Positions 26,428-38,449 of a stretch of 64,000 nucleotides of DNA are shown one piece after another. Both the position numbers and the translations under genes were made by a program. The notes under the pieces are model-generated. The model worked only from the letters and a program-made list of their open reading frames with translations. It was not told where the DNA came from and did not search any database. Position 1 is the first letter of the stretch; every line of letters begins with the position of its first letter. The DNA is from Mobula birostris (Eukaryota), in contig NC_092374.1 in NCBI RefSeq assembly GCF_030028105.1, positions 58,723,016-58,787,015 of the forward strand. Reading direction: 5' to 3'.

Positions 26428-26915
26428 CTTGGTCTTCATGTACCGAGATTGGCAACAGTGGGTCATGCTCCCATAAACAAGTTGAGAGTTTACACATTCT
26501 ATCTGCCAACAGCGTTCTACACTGGTGATCGTACACCACATCGTTTTACTTGTTTAAGGGAACATTTGTATACGGAGACATGATCCACTCTCGCTGATCT
26601 CGGTACATGAAGACCAAGAAGGACACCACTTTAACTGGGACATTGTGGAGGTTCTAGCGCAGGCAAACACGAGACAGGCATGAGAATTTTTAGAAGCGTG
26701 ATTCTCTTCTGATAAGTCCATAAACAACATTGAAATAGATGCCATCTACAAACCCCTAAGAGGTAGCTAATCAGGACTGAGGCAAGCGAACAGGGGCCTC
26801 TGTAAACGCGAGCACTCCCAGAGAGAAGCACTAACTATTGTGCACTGAGGGTGTCATCTTGACTGGTGATTAAATGTTTGCAAGCTAATTGCCAAGCTCA
26901 GTGAACACTGGAGTA
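26428..26915 (+). mobile_element. Penelope/Poseidon-like PLE 3' fragment (GIY-YIG C-terminus, decayed hammerhead, inverted 5' piece)
   Basis: SLISVHEDQEGHHFNWDIVEVLAQANTRQA*EFLEA* motif. Perfect 22-bp inverted repeat at 26428-26449 / 26597-26618. Hammerhead-like remnant at 26841-26882. Confidence 0.65.
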
Positions 26916-28151
26916 TCAGACAAAGCTATACAAGAAGATATTAGTATATTTAAATGGAATGGATAATGAAATCATAGCTCGGTAACAGTTTATGCTGACT
27001 CTCCACCAGAATAAATCCCAATTTGCAACCTTTCCCTACATATGTTTTCTTTCAAATACTGATCCAGTTCCCTTGTGAAAATTACTTTTGAACCTGCTTC
27101 CACAACTCCATCAGACTATGCCAGATTCCAGATACAACTTGCTCACATCAGAAAAAAAAATCTTGTTGCTTTGGTTCATTTTCCAGTTACTTTTTTGTGT
27201 TATTAGGTTAGGTACTAAGACATGTCCTAACTGTTAGGCCAATCACTTACAAAGGAGATTTTAGAGTACGTAAGGCAGGGAGCATTAAGGAGTGGAATTC
27301 TGAAGTTAAGCATGTGAAAATTGGAGCAATGAAAACTGTGGTCAGAATTCTAGATTATGGAAAGAAATGCAGTATTTTATAATGCACATTCTCTTCAATT
27401 GAAAAAAAAATTCCCAATTTTAGACAGACCTTATTTAAAGAAGCAAATCAAAACCAAAAACAAAGTATAAATTAAATAAAATGAAAGATTTTTTACAAGA
27501 ATTGACTAAGTATCTTTGCAGATGGATATTCATAAGGAAGCTCAATAAAAATGGCTGAGTCCTGCTGTATGCACCATATCAGTAACACAATTCCAACCAG
27601 CCAACAGCCTAAATAGGGTGAACAGGAGGAACCTATTTCCTTTGTAACCAAGAATTTATAACCAAGCTGAAGATTAGAGGGGAATTGAGAGAAAAAAATC
27701 TTAACAAGGGTGGAGATCTGGAATTCACATCCTGAAAGGGAGATGAAAATAGAAACTTGCATCATATTTAAAAGGAACATGGTTGAGTGCTCGAAGAGCC
27801 AAAAATAACAAATAGCCTCCATTGTTGTTGAATATTTTAATGATGTGAGTGATGTGTGTTTTTTTTTAAAGTCACTTGGAACTTTTTATACCGATAAAAT
27901 TCCCAATCTAATGTCAGTTGCTTACTACTAAAGTAACGTCATAAAGGTACTCACAACATTGACAGGCAATATGTATGTATTGAGATTGAAGTTACCTGAT
28001 AACCCAGTTTTAAAATGTACACAATTGACTTAAAAGCACAGGAGCAAGTCTGGAGCTTGGGGTTTGAGGTGTTTGGCATACCTATGTTGGAAATCTTCCC
28101 AGTAGTTAACGTTTTTGCTCTAACCAGATCTGCGTTTCATTGTTAATAGTA

Positions 28152-30464
28152 CGAGGGGTGATTGATAAGTTTGTGGCCTAAGGTAGAAAGAGTCAATCTT
28201 ACAAAACCTAGCACATTTATTTTTCAACATAGTCCCCTCCTACATGTACACACTTAGTCTAGCAGTCGTGGAGCATACAGATCACTTCTTTATAGAAGTG
28301 GTCCACAGCAAGGGTGATTGATAAGTTTGTGGCCTAGGGCAGAAGGAGATGAGTTATTAACTTCAAACTTCCTGCATAATCGCTCAGAGTTGAACTGCAT
28401 GTGCATGTAACGAGAGCCTCTTGGACCTCCAGGTGGTCCACAGCAGGGGTGATTGATAAGTTTGTGGCCAGAAGGAGATGAGTTATGCAGCTCTCGTTAC
28501 ATGCACGTGCAGTTCAACACTATGAGTGAAAATGCAGAAAGTTTGAAGTTAATAACTCATCTCCCTCTACCTTTCCACCTTAGGCCATGAACTTATCAAT
28601 CACCCCTGCTGTGGACCACCTGGAGGTCCAAGACACCGAATTCTACAAAGGAGGGATCCGTATGCTCCACGAACGCTGGACTAAGTATGTAAATGTAGGA
28701 AAAATAAATGTGTAGACACGAGGAATTCTGCAGATGCTGGAAATTCAAGCAACACACATCAAAGTTGAGACTGTACTTCTTCCTAGAGACACTGCCTGGC
28801 CTGCTACGTTCACCAGCAACTTTGATGTGTGTTGGTTGAAAAATAAATATGCTAGGTTTTCTAAAATTGACTCCTTCTACCTTAAGCCACGAACTTAAGA
28901 TCCCTCGGACCTTGAAGGAGACTAGTGTTGAAATTGCGGGGGTCCTGGCAGAAATATTTAAAATGTCGCTGTCTACGGGTGAAGTGCCGGAGGATTGGAG
29001 AGTGGCTCATGTTGTTCCGTTGTTTAAAAAAGGATCGAAAAGTAATCCGGGAAATTATAGGCCGGTGAGTTTAACGTCAGTAGTAGGTCAGTTATTGGAG
29101 GGAGTACTAAGAGACAGAATCTACAAGCATTTGGATAGACAGGGGCTTATTAGGGAGAGTCAACATGGCTTTGTGCGTGGTAGGTCATGTTTGACCAATC
29201 TGTTGGAGTTTTTCGAGTAGGTTACCAGGAAAGTGGATGAAGGGAAGGCAGTGGATATTGTCTACATGGACTTCAGTAAGGTCTTTGACAAGGTCCCGCA
29301 TGGGAGGTTAGTTAGGAAAATTCAGTCGCTAGGTGTACATGGAGAGGTGGTAAATTGGATTAGACATTAGCTCGATGGAAGAAGCCAGAGAGTGGTGGTA
29401 GAGAATTGCTTCTCTGAGTGGAGGCCTGTGACTAGTGGTGTGCCACAGGGATCAGTGCTGGGTCCATTGTTACTTGTCATCTGTATCAATGATCTGGATG
29501 ATAATGTGGTAAATTGGATCAGCAAGTTTGCTGATGATACAAAGATTGAAGGTGTAGTAGACAGTGAGGAAGGTTTTCAGAGCCTGCAGAGGGACTTGGA
29601 CCAGCTGGAAAAATGGGCTGAAAAATGGCAGATGGAGTTTAATACAGACAAGTGTGAGGTATTGCACGTTGGAAGGACAAACCAACGTAGAACATACAGG
29701 GTTAATGGTAAGGCACTGAGGAGTGCAGTGGAACAGAGGGATCTGGGAATACAGATACAAAATTCCCTAAAAGTGTCGTCACAGGTAGATAGGGTCGTAA
29801 AGAGAGCTTTTGGTACATTGGCCTTTATTAATCGAAGTATTGAGTATAAGAGCTGGAATGTTATCATGAGGTTGCATAAGGCATTGGTGAGGCCGAGTCT
29901 GGAGTATTGTCTTCAGTTTTGGTCACCAAATTACAGGAAGGATATAAATAAGATTGAAAGAGTGCAGAGAAGGTTTACAAGGATGTTGCCAGGACTTGAG
30001 AAACTCAGTTACAGAGAAAGGTTGAATAGGTTAGGACTTTATTCCCTGGAGCATAGAAGAATGAGGGGAGATTTGATAGAGGTATATAAAATTATGATGG
30101 GTATAGATAGAATGAATGCAAGCAGGCTTTTTCCACTGAGGCAAGGGGAGAAAAAAACCAGAGGACATGGGTTAAGGGTGAGGGGGGAAAAGTTTAAAGG
30201 GAACATTAGGGGGGGCTTCTTCACACAGAGAGTGGTGGGAGTATGGAATGAGCTGCCAGACGAGGTGGTAAATGTGGGTTCTTTTTTAACATTTAAGAAT
30301 AAATTGGACAGATACATGGATGGGAGGTGTATGGAGGGATATGGTCCGTGTGCAGGTCAGTGGGACCAGGCAGAAAATGGTTCGGCACAGCCAAGAAGGG
30401 CCAAGAGGCCTGTTTCTGTGCTGTAGTTTCTATGGTTCTATGGTAACTTATCAATCACCCCTTG
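28152..30464. mobile_element. Mariner-derived palindromic non-autonomous element hosting two later insertions
   Basis: TA-CGAGGGGTGATTGATAAGTT ... AACTTATCAATCACCCCTTG-TA termini. Transposase C-terminus FYKGGIRMLHERWTKYVNVG at about 28640-28700. Internal TIR-like copies. Confidence 0.85.
28898..30444 (+). mobile_element. Young 5'-truncated CR1 LINE (RT), inserted in the mariner right TIR
   Basis: Single reading frame with only two nonsense codons (29218-29220, 29368-29370). GVPQGSVLGP and KFADD motifs; (TTCTATGG)2 tail. Duplication AACTTA at 28892-28897 and 30445-30450. Confidence 0.95.
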
Positions 30465-30892
30465 TATATTGAGATTATGTTATAACCAAGTCTTTGGGAA
30501 GGTGCCAACAAGTTCCACTGAAGCCAATATTCATCATATTGCTTTCTGCAACTAGCTCTAGATCAACACATGCATAATCGTTTAACTAGTTACTCAACCA
30601 AAGTTTAATCAAATGAATTTAAATTGAAGAAATATTGTATGTTTTTGTTATTTAGGAATAAATATTAAATAAATGTATAATTTTATTGAAACAAATATGA
30701 GGAAAGAATGTTTGCCTTTTAAAATATAGTCAGAATTAAGTTTATGAGCTCTACCTGTCCAAACCCATAAGTCTGTCTCTGGTCTCAAAACATTAAATCC
30801 ATAGCAGATAAAAGAATATTTATAAAACTTTTATTTTCAAGACTATTAATAAAATAAACCTTCCAGTAGATTTATTTTTATCCTTTTTATAG

Positions 30893-30990
30893 ACTGGTGT
30901 GCTGACAATAAAGTTGGGGGAACCTTTGGGAACTTACGTGATTAACAAACAGACTCCAAACCGACAGATCTGGCTCTCATCTCCAATCAG
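30893..30990 (+). CDS. FXN: Frataxin coding exon 4 ([33 protein letters not shown])
   Basis: Frataxin/CyaY signature [19 protein letters not shown]. Acceptor CCTTTTTATAG, donor CAG|GTATGT; 98 nt. Not in the ORF track. Confidence 0.98.
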
Positions 30991-31859
30991 GTATGTACTG
31001 AAAAAAGAACAAAGCTCCTTTCCTCTGACATATGACAATGGTGCTTAACAAAAGAGTTTAAAGAGATTAATTTTTATGTTTTCTTCCCTTTTGCTGCATT
31101 TCTCACAGCATCACTTTTCACAATCTTGAATCATGAACAACCTAACACAGTTGGCGGACACCTGGCCCATTATATCTTCTATGGCTCTTGCGTCTAGTCC
31201 TAATTTGACCCACTGTCTTGTTCTTTTCCTAAATGTTTGCAGTCCTTTCTCCTTTAAGTATTTATCCAATTCCTCCTCTGAAGGAGACAGTTAAATTTGG
31301 TCCAACTACCCTTTCGGCAATATGTTCCAAACTGTAACCACATTGATAAAAAGTTTTTCTCTTATCACGTCTGGCTGTTTTGCCATTTACATTAATTATG
31401 TTTTCTGATTATCAACTCTTAATATGTTGGAAATTATTCTTTTTATTTAATCTACCAAACCAATTTGAGCATTGCATTAAATCTCCTATTATTCTTCCTT
31501 GGGGTGAACACCTCCCAGTTTCAGCAGTTATAACACTTAATGTCTGGATTCATTCCAGTAAATCTCATCTACACACTTTCCAAGGCTTTCATATGTTTTC
31601 CAAAGTATAGTTTTCAGAGTTTGCCACAACATTTAATAGATTTCTTCCTTGCCTTTGTATACTCTTTACATTGTAAAGTCCGTGATTCCATATATTTTTA
31701 ATGGTTTTGAAATTTTTCTTGCCACCTTCAAAAATTATGTGCACAAAAGCTCTGTCCTTTCTGTTCTTTTACTGATTTTGGCACATTTAATATCCATGGT
31801 CTCTTGCTGTTCCTTTAATTTTAAAAAAATGACAGCGCAGAAGGTGGGACCTATACAGA

Positions 31860-33200
31860 AGAGACAGTTTGCACCTAAACTGGAGAGGGACTAATATCCA
31901 AGTGGGAACGTTTGACGGTATTGCATGGGTGGGAGGATTTAAACTAGAGTTGCAGGGGATGGGAACCAGAGTACCAGAACAGATACTAGAGTGGTTGTGG
32001 AGACAAATGTTAACACCTCAGACAAAGTCAGGGAGCAAAGGGTGGCAAAAGGAAGCAAAAGCATAGTGGGACTAATGTTCTGAGCTGTGTATATTTCAAT
32101 ACAAGAAGTATGTAGGAAGGGTAAATGAGCTTAGGGCGTGAATCAACATGGGTTATGGCTGGTGGTGTAGTGGCATCAGTACTGGACTCTAAGGCAGATG
32201 GTCCTGAGTTCAAGCCCAGCCGGATCCCAACCTGGGCAGCAGCAGTACCTGCGCAGAAGAAAGGCCTGGCGATCTACTTCCATATCTTGCCATGGAAACA
32301 CTATATGGTCCATGAGATCACGAAGCGTCAGACTTGACTAAACGACTGAACAACAACAACAAAGCCATTAGTGAAACTTGGTAGCAGGAAGCTCAATATT
32401 CCGGGATTACATTGTTTTAGACATTAAAGGGGGAGGAGTGGCGTTACTAGTCAGGGAAAATGTCACGGCAGTGTTCAGTCAGGACAGACTGGAGAACTCA
32501 TCTAGTCAGGCTTTATGGGTGGAACTAAGAAAGGTATGACCACATAATGGGTCTATATTATAGACCACCCAATAATCCACAAGATTTAGAGGAACAAATT
32601 TGGAGAGATATCGCAGACTGTTGCAAGAAACAAGGTTGCGATAGTAGGTGGTTTTAACTTTCCACACATTGACTGGGATTCCCATATAGTAAAAGGACTA
32701 GATGGGATAGAATTTGTCAAATGTGTTCAGGAAAGTTTAGTTAATCAGTCCATAGAAGTCACAATGAGAGAGTGTGCAATACTTGACCTCCTTTTAGTGA
32801 ATGAGACAGGGCAGGTGACAGAAGTTTTGGTGGGGAACACTTTGCATCTAGTGATCATAATACCATTAGTTTCAATGTAATTACGGAAAAGGATTGGTCT
32901 GGTCCTCGGGATGAGATTCTAAATTGGAGAAAGGCCGATTTTGATGGTATCAGAAAAAATCTGGCAAGTGTGGATTGGGACAAGCTGTTTTCTAGCAAAG
33001 ATGTACTGTACTTGTTAAATGGAAGAACTTCAAAAGTGAAATTTTGAGAGTACAGAGTTTGTATATTCCTGTTAGAATAAAAGGCAAGGATAACAGAGTT
33101 GGAAACCTTGGTTTTAGAGAGATATTGAAGCCCGGGTTAAGAAAAAAAATGATGTATAACAGGTACAGACAGGTAGGAACAAATGAGGTACTTGAGTATA
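31860..33200 (+). mobile_element. CR1 fragment (ORF1 end and endonuclease), interrupted by a SINE
   Basis: LHLNWRGTNI, CVYFNTRS, AISETW, GGFNFPHIDW, SDHN motifs. Confidence 0.8.
32157..32362 (+). mobile_element. tRNA-headed SINE with RTE/BovB-like body and (AAC)n tail
   Basis: A box TGGTGTAGTGG, B box GAGTTCAAGCC, 3' GTCCATGAGATCACGAAGCGTCAGACTTGACTAAACGACTG(AAC)n. Confidence 0.8.
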
Positions 33201-33444
33201 ATTCATATAATCAATCTATGTACAGTATATAAGCTTTCTTAAGTATTTCTATTTATTGTGTTTTTTATTATTCTGTTCTTTATCTTAGTGTTTTTGTATG
33301 CTGCATTGTATCTGGAGTAACAATTATTTTGTTTCCTTTACACTTGTGTACTGGAAATGACATTACACAATCTTGAACAGGAAATGCACGTACTATATAA
33401 TATCAGGGCCCAATTATTATAAAGGCAATCTTCATGTTATGAGA

Positions 33445-33632
33445 TACATGGGAAAATCTGCAGATGCTGGAAATTCAAGCAACACACACAGAATGCTGGA
33501 GGAACTCAGCAGGCCAGGAGGTGTTACTGTTTTCCATAGATGCTGCTAGGCCTGCTGGTGTTGGCCCGAACCATCTTTTCCATAGATGCTGCCTTGTCTG
33601 CTGGGTCCCTTCTGCATTTTGTGTGTTGTGCC
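33445..33632. mobile_element. PLE-derived fold-back short element
   Basis: AATGCTGGAGGAACTCAGCAGGCCAGG followed by reverse-complement copies of the same family. Confidence 0.7.
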
Positions 33633-34049
33633 TCATGTTATGAAGATGAGGTTGCAGTCCTAGAAAATGACACATACTGTGATTAATACAAAGCTACATT
33701 ATCTGTACATGTGTCTAGAAATGTGATGAAAAAATAAACTTCGTGTTCATTTCTTTTATTCATGTAAATTATGTAAGCAAACTTTATTCTACATCTCAAA
33801 ATTTTGAGTAATGCTTTGTGACTTTTGTAAGGACAAATTGTCATTGTCCAAATGGTTGTAATTGGAACAGTATGTTTGTTATTTTTTTTAATTTATTTTC
33901 CTTTAAATCTCTTGTTCCTTGGATATCATTGCCATAGAGACAAAACAAATGCCAGGTGTAACTTAAGAGAGACACATTTGCTTCTAAGTCAGAAAGCTCT
34001 GTGTTCAAATCCTCAGCATAAGTCTTTAGAGACAAATTCAAAAATCTAC

Positions 34050-34340
34050 CCTACTATTCCTGGGTAGCATGAAAGAAGAATGAATGCTGTTGATTCATGT
34101 CAATGTAAAATATGCTATGGCACAATTTTGAAGAAAAGTAGGGGAATTATCTCCACTACCCTCTACAGTACCTATCCCAATCAGAATTAGGTTCCACAAT
34201 TAACATTAATAAAATGGTGTTTGGTTTAAATACATTGCTGTTTATTGGAGCTTGCTGTACACAAACTGGCTGTTATGTTTTCTACACAGCAATATTGATT
34301 ACATTTCAAAAGTACAATATTGACTGTAAAGTGCTTTGAG
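34050..34340 (+). mobile_element. Ancient DeuSINE-like (SacSINE1/AmnSINE1-type) fragment in FXN intron 4
   Basis: CATTGCTGTTTATTGGAGCTTGCTGTACACAAACTGGCTG...CATTTCAAAAGTA...CTGTAAAGTGCTTTGAGAC resembles the Deu domain. Confidence 0.55.
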
Positions 34341-35256
34341 ACTGATCTGAAGATGAAAATGAAAAAAGATCTGAAAAGGATTGTGAATTGTGGTCAGAAA
34401 TGCAAGTTTTTCCTCTTCCTTTACAATGTTCAGAAAATTAAAGCTCATTCATTACTGGGCTGTTTGATTAATTTTCTTCATGGGTATTTTTTTCCAAAAT
34501 TATTGCATGGGTTAGGAATTAATTGGAGTCAATGGAGAAAATGTAATGAAACTGCTAATATGTTAATGAAAATATGTTCCCATTTATCATTATTCTGGAG
34601 TTTCTTTGATCTTTATTGCAGCAGCTGTTGGTAGTCATTTCTTATTCAGAACTATTAAGGTTTTGCAACTTCTTTCTTCAAAGTTAGTCAAACTTGAATA
34701 TCTGAATCTATGCCATCTGGAAGGGTCTTTCTCTTGGCTCTACTTTCTCTGAACCTTTATTTTAATGATGGCATCTTAAAACATGGACTAGATGGAGGCA
34801 GGCAAGTGATCCTGTTTGACATTTGAGGGCCCTAGCATCATCAAGTTAGTGAAATGATATTAACTTCACAATGATGCCTAAAGGGGTTGAGTATGATGTG
34901 TGGCAATCCTGTCAATCTGGAGCTTGGAAATAAACTTGCGGTAACATGTCGTCATGAATTTTGATAAGTTTGCTTCAATTTGAAAAGCTCATTAGAATTG
35001 GCTACCCTGCTTAAGCCTCTCCTTCCTTAATCACACTGCATCCTTTAAGTAGCTTTCAGATGTCACTGGTAGTGACCTATCCTTTGTATCATTTACAGTG
35101 GCTCCTTGCAGGTGAATTCCTGCCTCTGCCCACCAGACAAGTCAAAAAAAGTCTTGGATCTTTCATCTAAAGGAAATCCTGCTGACAGGATGCCATGTTG
35201 TGAGGTTTAAACTGTTCTCATCAGTTTTTTTTTCCCCTCTCTATATTTTTCCTCAG

Positions 35257-35404
35257 TGGTCCTAAACGATATGATTGGACTGGAAAGAATTGGATCTATT
35301 CTCACGATGGAGTTTGTTTACATGAACTGCTCACAAAAGAGTTCTCCACGATGTTCAAGACCAAAGTGGATGTACTTGCAGTCGTTGATATGAGTTATGT
35401 GTGA
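35257..35404 (+). CDS. FXN: Frataxin coding exon 5 ([49 protein letters not shown])
   Basis: Signature SGPKRYDW...WxYSHDG..LHELL. Long pyrimidine tract ending CCTCAG; stop TGA at 35402-35404. Spliced CDS is 567 nt = 188 aa + stop. Confidence 0.97.
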
Positions 35405-36365
35405 CCCTGCAAGAAACTATAAGGAATGATTCTGAAGAAATATTTTGCAGATATTATGTATGGAACCTTGTTCTTTTGATGGGAACTGGAACACTGTGAA
35501 GACTGGATTCAACTTATATATTCCTGATTAAATTACTGCACTTCTTTCCACTGGAGTCTTGCTCATCACTGAATGATGGGAAACTCTTCCAATATATTTT
35601 GTTTTCTTAGTCTGGGTTTTTTTAAAAATTTCATGCATACTTTCCATGATAAATTGCTGATTTGTTTTCTAAATTTAGTTTATGTAATGCATTGGAAAAT
35701 AATATTGGATTGTTGGCTCATTTGCTTTCTGTTAATTATGACAATCTTCTATAATTTTGTTTTGCTGCAGCATGGAATTTAAGCATTAATACCAAACTAC
35801 ATTTAACCTTAATATCCTCGATCTTTAAAAAATCTATATTTTCTTAGCTGTGGAAAAATTATTATATCATCCATTAACAAATGGGTAAACATTCCTTTCT
35901 GGGTTCCTGCTGGGGAGCAGAATATGAAAGGATGGCAGGATGGATATTCAAAGCTGCAGCCTCGTAGTCCTATTCATAGCTCAATTTTAGTTCGGGGAAG
36001 GAAATTAACTGAAACATTTAAAGCAAGGATTATGTAACTTTTTTGCATTTATTTTGAAGTGCTATTAACTAGATCATATTTGCCAATCACTGGTATATGA
36101 CAGGAAAGAAGATTATTCTTGTTTCCATAGTAGCTGAATTTGCCCTCTTTGTCCTGTTTGGTAAGGTGGGAGACAATTCCAAGGTTGCTCATTGTTTGAA
36201 ATGTAGGTTAATGCTTCAGTTACTTTTCACTCATCAAAAATAATTTGTATCATCATCTAACAACAAAAAATAATAGTGGTACAGGACGTAACTGGATGAG
36301 GAAGCATACATATGGTGACACAAAATGGACTGAAGAAGGAGGGGAAACAAAACAGTATACAGTGG

Positions 36366-36562
36366 ACAAACAAGAGAAGATCTGCAGATGCTGGAAATCC
36401 AAGCAACACACCCAAAATGCTGGAGGAACTCAGCAGGCCAGGCAACATATCTATTTAAAAAAGTAGCTGATGTTTCCAGCCAAGACCCTTTGGCAGAACT
36501 GGAGAACTACTCATCTCTATTTCTCCATTCCTGCTGAAGGGTCTTGGCCCAAAATGTCGAGT
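36366..36562. mobile_element. PLE-derived fold-back short element with two decayed hammerhead remnants
   Basis: Family motif, then GCCAAGACCCTT and its inverse CCTGCTGAAGGGTCTTGGCCCAAAATGTCGA. Confidence 0.7.
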
Positions 36563-36565
36563 ATA

Positions 36566-37349
36566 TAGTGGATTCTGATTAATTGCACTATTGGTTAATC
36601 GAGGGAGCCGCTTATCTGGAACAACTCTTAAAGCACAAAAACTAATTGAGAAAATAGCCAGGATTTCCATTGTTTATTTGGGACACTATATTGCTTAATT
36701 GGGTCAGGAGACTGTTGCCGAACAGTTTCTAACTAGAGTCAGACGTGTGCACTTACATGGCCGTTAGACACTACACTGCTTAGAGTGAACAGTTTTTAAA
36801 TAGTGTCAGCTGCATGAGCTTGTGTTCAAAAAGCAGTGATTTCTGTCACTGCTAGTTAGCAAGAAATAAGCAGCAAGACAATTCAGAACTGGCTGTTGTT
36901 TCAAGCATTCAGGCTTGGAAATGGCTGAGAGTGAAAATGAAATGATTTCAGTACTTCAACAAGTTAGGAACTACCAAGTATTTGAAGGTATCAACAAGCA
37001 TCTTGAATGTTACAATGGAAATGAAGATTTGGAGGATGCAGTCGTCGATAGCATTGTATGAAGGAAGTCCATTATCTACACTAGGTGTCTGCACTGATTT
37101 TCATTGTTTACAGTCAAACAAAAGAACGTGGCAGCATACAGGTACACTGAATGAATTTCTCTGTCAGTAACAATTGGGTATTAATACACAGTTTTATAGT
37201 ACTGTAGTATTGATAGTGTCAAATATGTTCTTTATTTCATTTAAGTACATAATTTGTTACTCAGTTAATGGTAGTTTGTCTTTTTTATACCTTTATAACT
37301 TTCCAAAGTGTACTAGTCCCAAGGTGGCCATATTAACCAGAATCCAGTG
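36566..37349. mobile_element. Tigger/pogo-type non-autonomous DNA transposon
   Basis: Imperfect TIRs TAGTGGATTCTGATTAAT ... ATTAACCAGAATCCAGTG, flanked by TA on both sides. Confidence 0.65.
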
Positions 37350-38449
37350 TATTTGCTTACCACTTCTGTCAAGTGGAGTAGATATACAGTCTGAAAACTA
37401 ACCTCAATTACCAATCTTCTCAGTATGTACTCTACGGTTGCCTTTAATATTTTCATTTCATACAGTTACAGTTAACTATGATAGAAAAGCAGCAGTTTGA
37501 TGTTGCATATTGAGATTTAACAGCCAATTGACAACCACCTGGGCTAAGTGGATTGCTTCAATTCCTCCATGATGTTCAAGGTTGGAATAGGAATTTAGAA
37601 TATGACTCTTTAATTGTACTTCCCTGCAAAGAGTTTAAATCTATATTGTCACATTTTGGTACATAATAAACCCACCTTGCATTTCCAAACAAGTCTTGCT
37701 CAGTCCGCTATTGTACTTGGAATCCCATTAGCTCTCCAAATGCAGTGAATTTACAGAAAGGCGGATCTAAATGGCATGAAGATTGATAGAACTGTGTAGC
37801 TCCTTCCCTACTTAAGGCTGATGAAATTCAACAGCCTTAAGTGAATAAATACTGTCTTTGGATAACCAAGTTTCTTCTCCGTGTCCTCAGATGATTAAGA
37901 ATCAGGCATTTGGACCATCCATGGTGAGTCTGAATAACGACTCTAGTAAGTCAACTTCAGAACTGAGCTGCAGAGCCATTTTTGACTCTTGTGAGTAGTT
38001 AGAAAGAAGTGTTGAGAAAGTAATAGAGGTAGGAAAGGCCGGAAAAATTAGTATTATTTATTTTTGAAGATTTGATTACTGAATATATAAAATACAGGAA
38101 ATGCAATAATCACTATTTGCTTCAATTGTATTAGAAAAGTAAATATCCTGTGTAGTATGGAAGCAACAATTTGCAATTGCACATTGTTTTCAGTGTAGCA
38201 AAGTATTTCTGACCAGAGCACATCAGCAACCAGGAGGAAGGTTAAAGATGCCCTTTAAGTAGGTCAACAAAATGTTCCAGAATGTCCTTGCAGACATAAC
38301 AAGGAAAGCTGCAACTTCTCCCATCCTATCATCATTAACCAAAGACTCAGAGCAGAAGATTGTTAAGACAATAAATAATAAATGGAGCACCTTTTAGTAC
38401 TCTGAAGCATCCCAAAATGCTTTGTTGCTAGAATAATACTAATGAAGCA

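Noticed and set aside
28152-28620. Repeated GGGGTGATTGATAAGTTTGTGGCC units as a CRISPR-like array
   Set aside because: Eukaryotic context, irregular spacing and mixed orientation; these are mariner TIR copies.
29392-30426. 344-aa ORF (and the 386-aa ORF at 49668-50828) as host genes
   Set aside because: Both are 5'-truncated LINE reverse transcriptases with retroposon tails.
32157-32235. tRNA gene
   Set aside because: A and B boxes are present, but I could not fold a complete cloverleaf and the sequence continues into a SINE body and tail.
20554-35404. Unusual or pseudogenised frataxin
   Set aside because: Frame, GT-AG splice sites and core motifs are intact. Differences (ETLGLLSD in helix 1, divergent C-terminal tail) look like ordinary divergence.
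35405-37670. FXN polyadenylation site
   Set aside because: Candidates exist (ATTAAA 35527-35532, AATAAA 37665-37670) but cannot be chosen from sequence alone.
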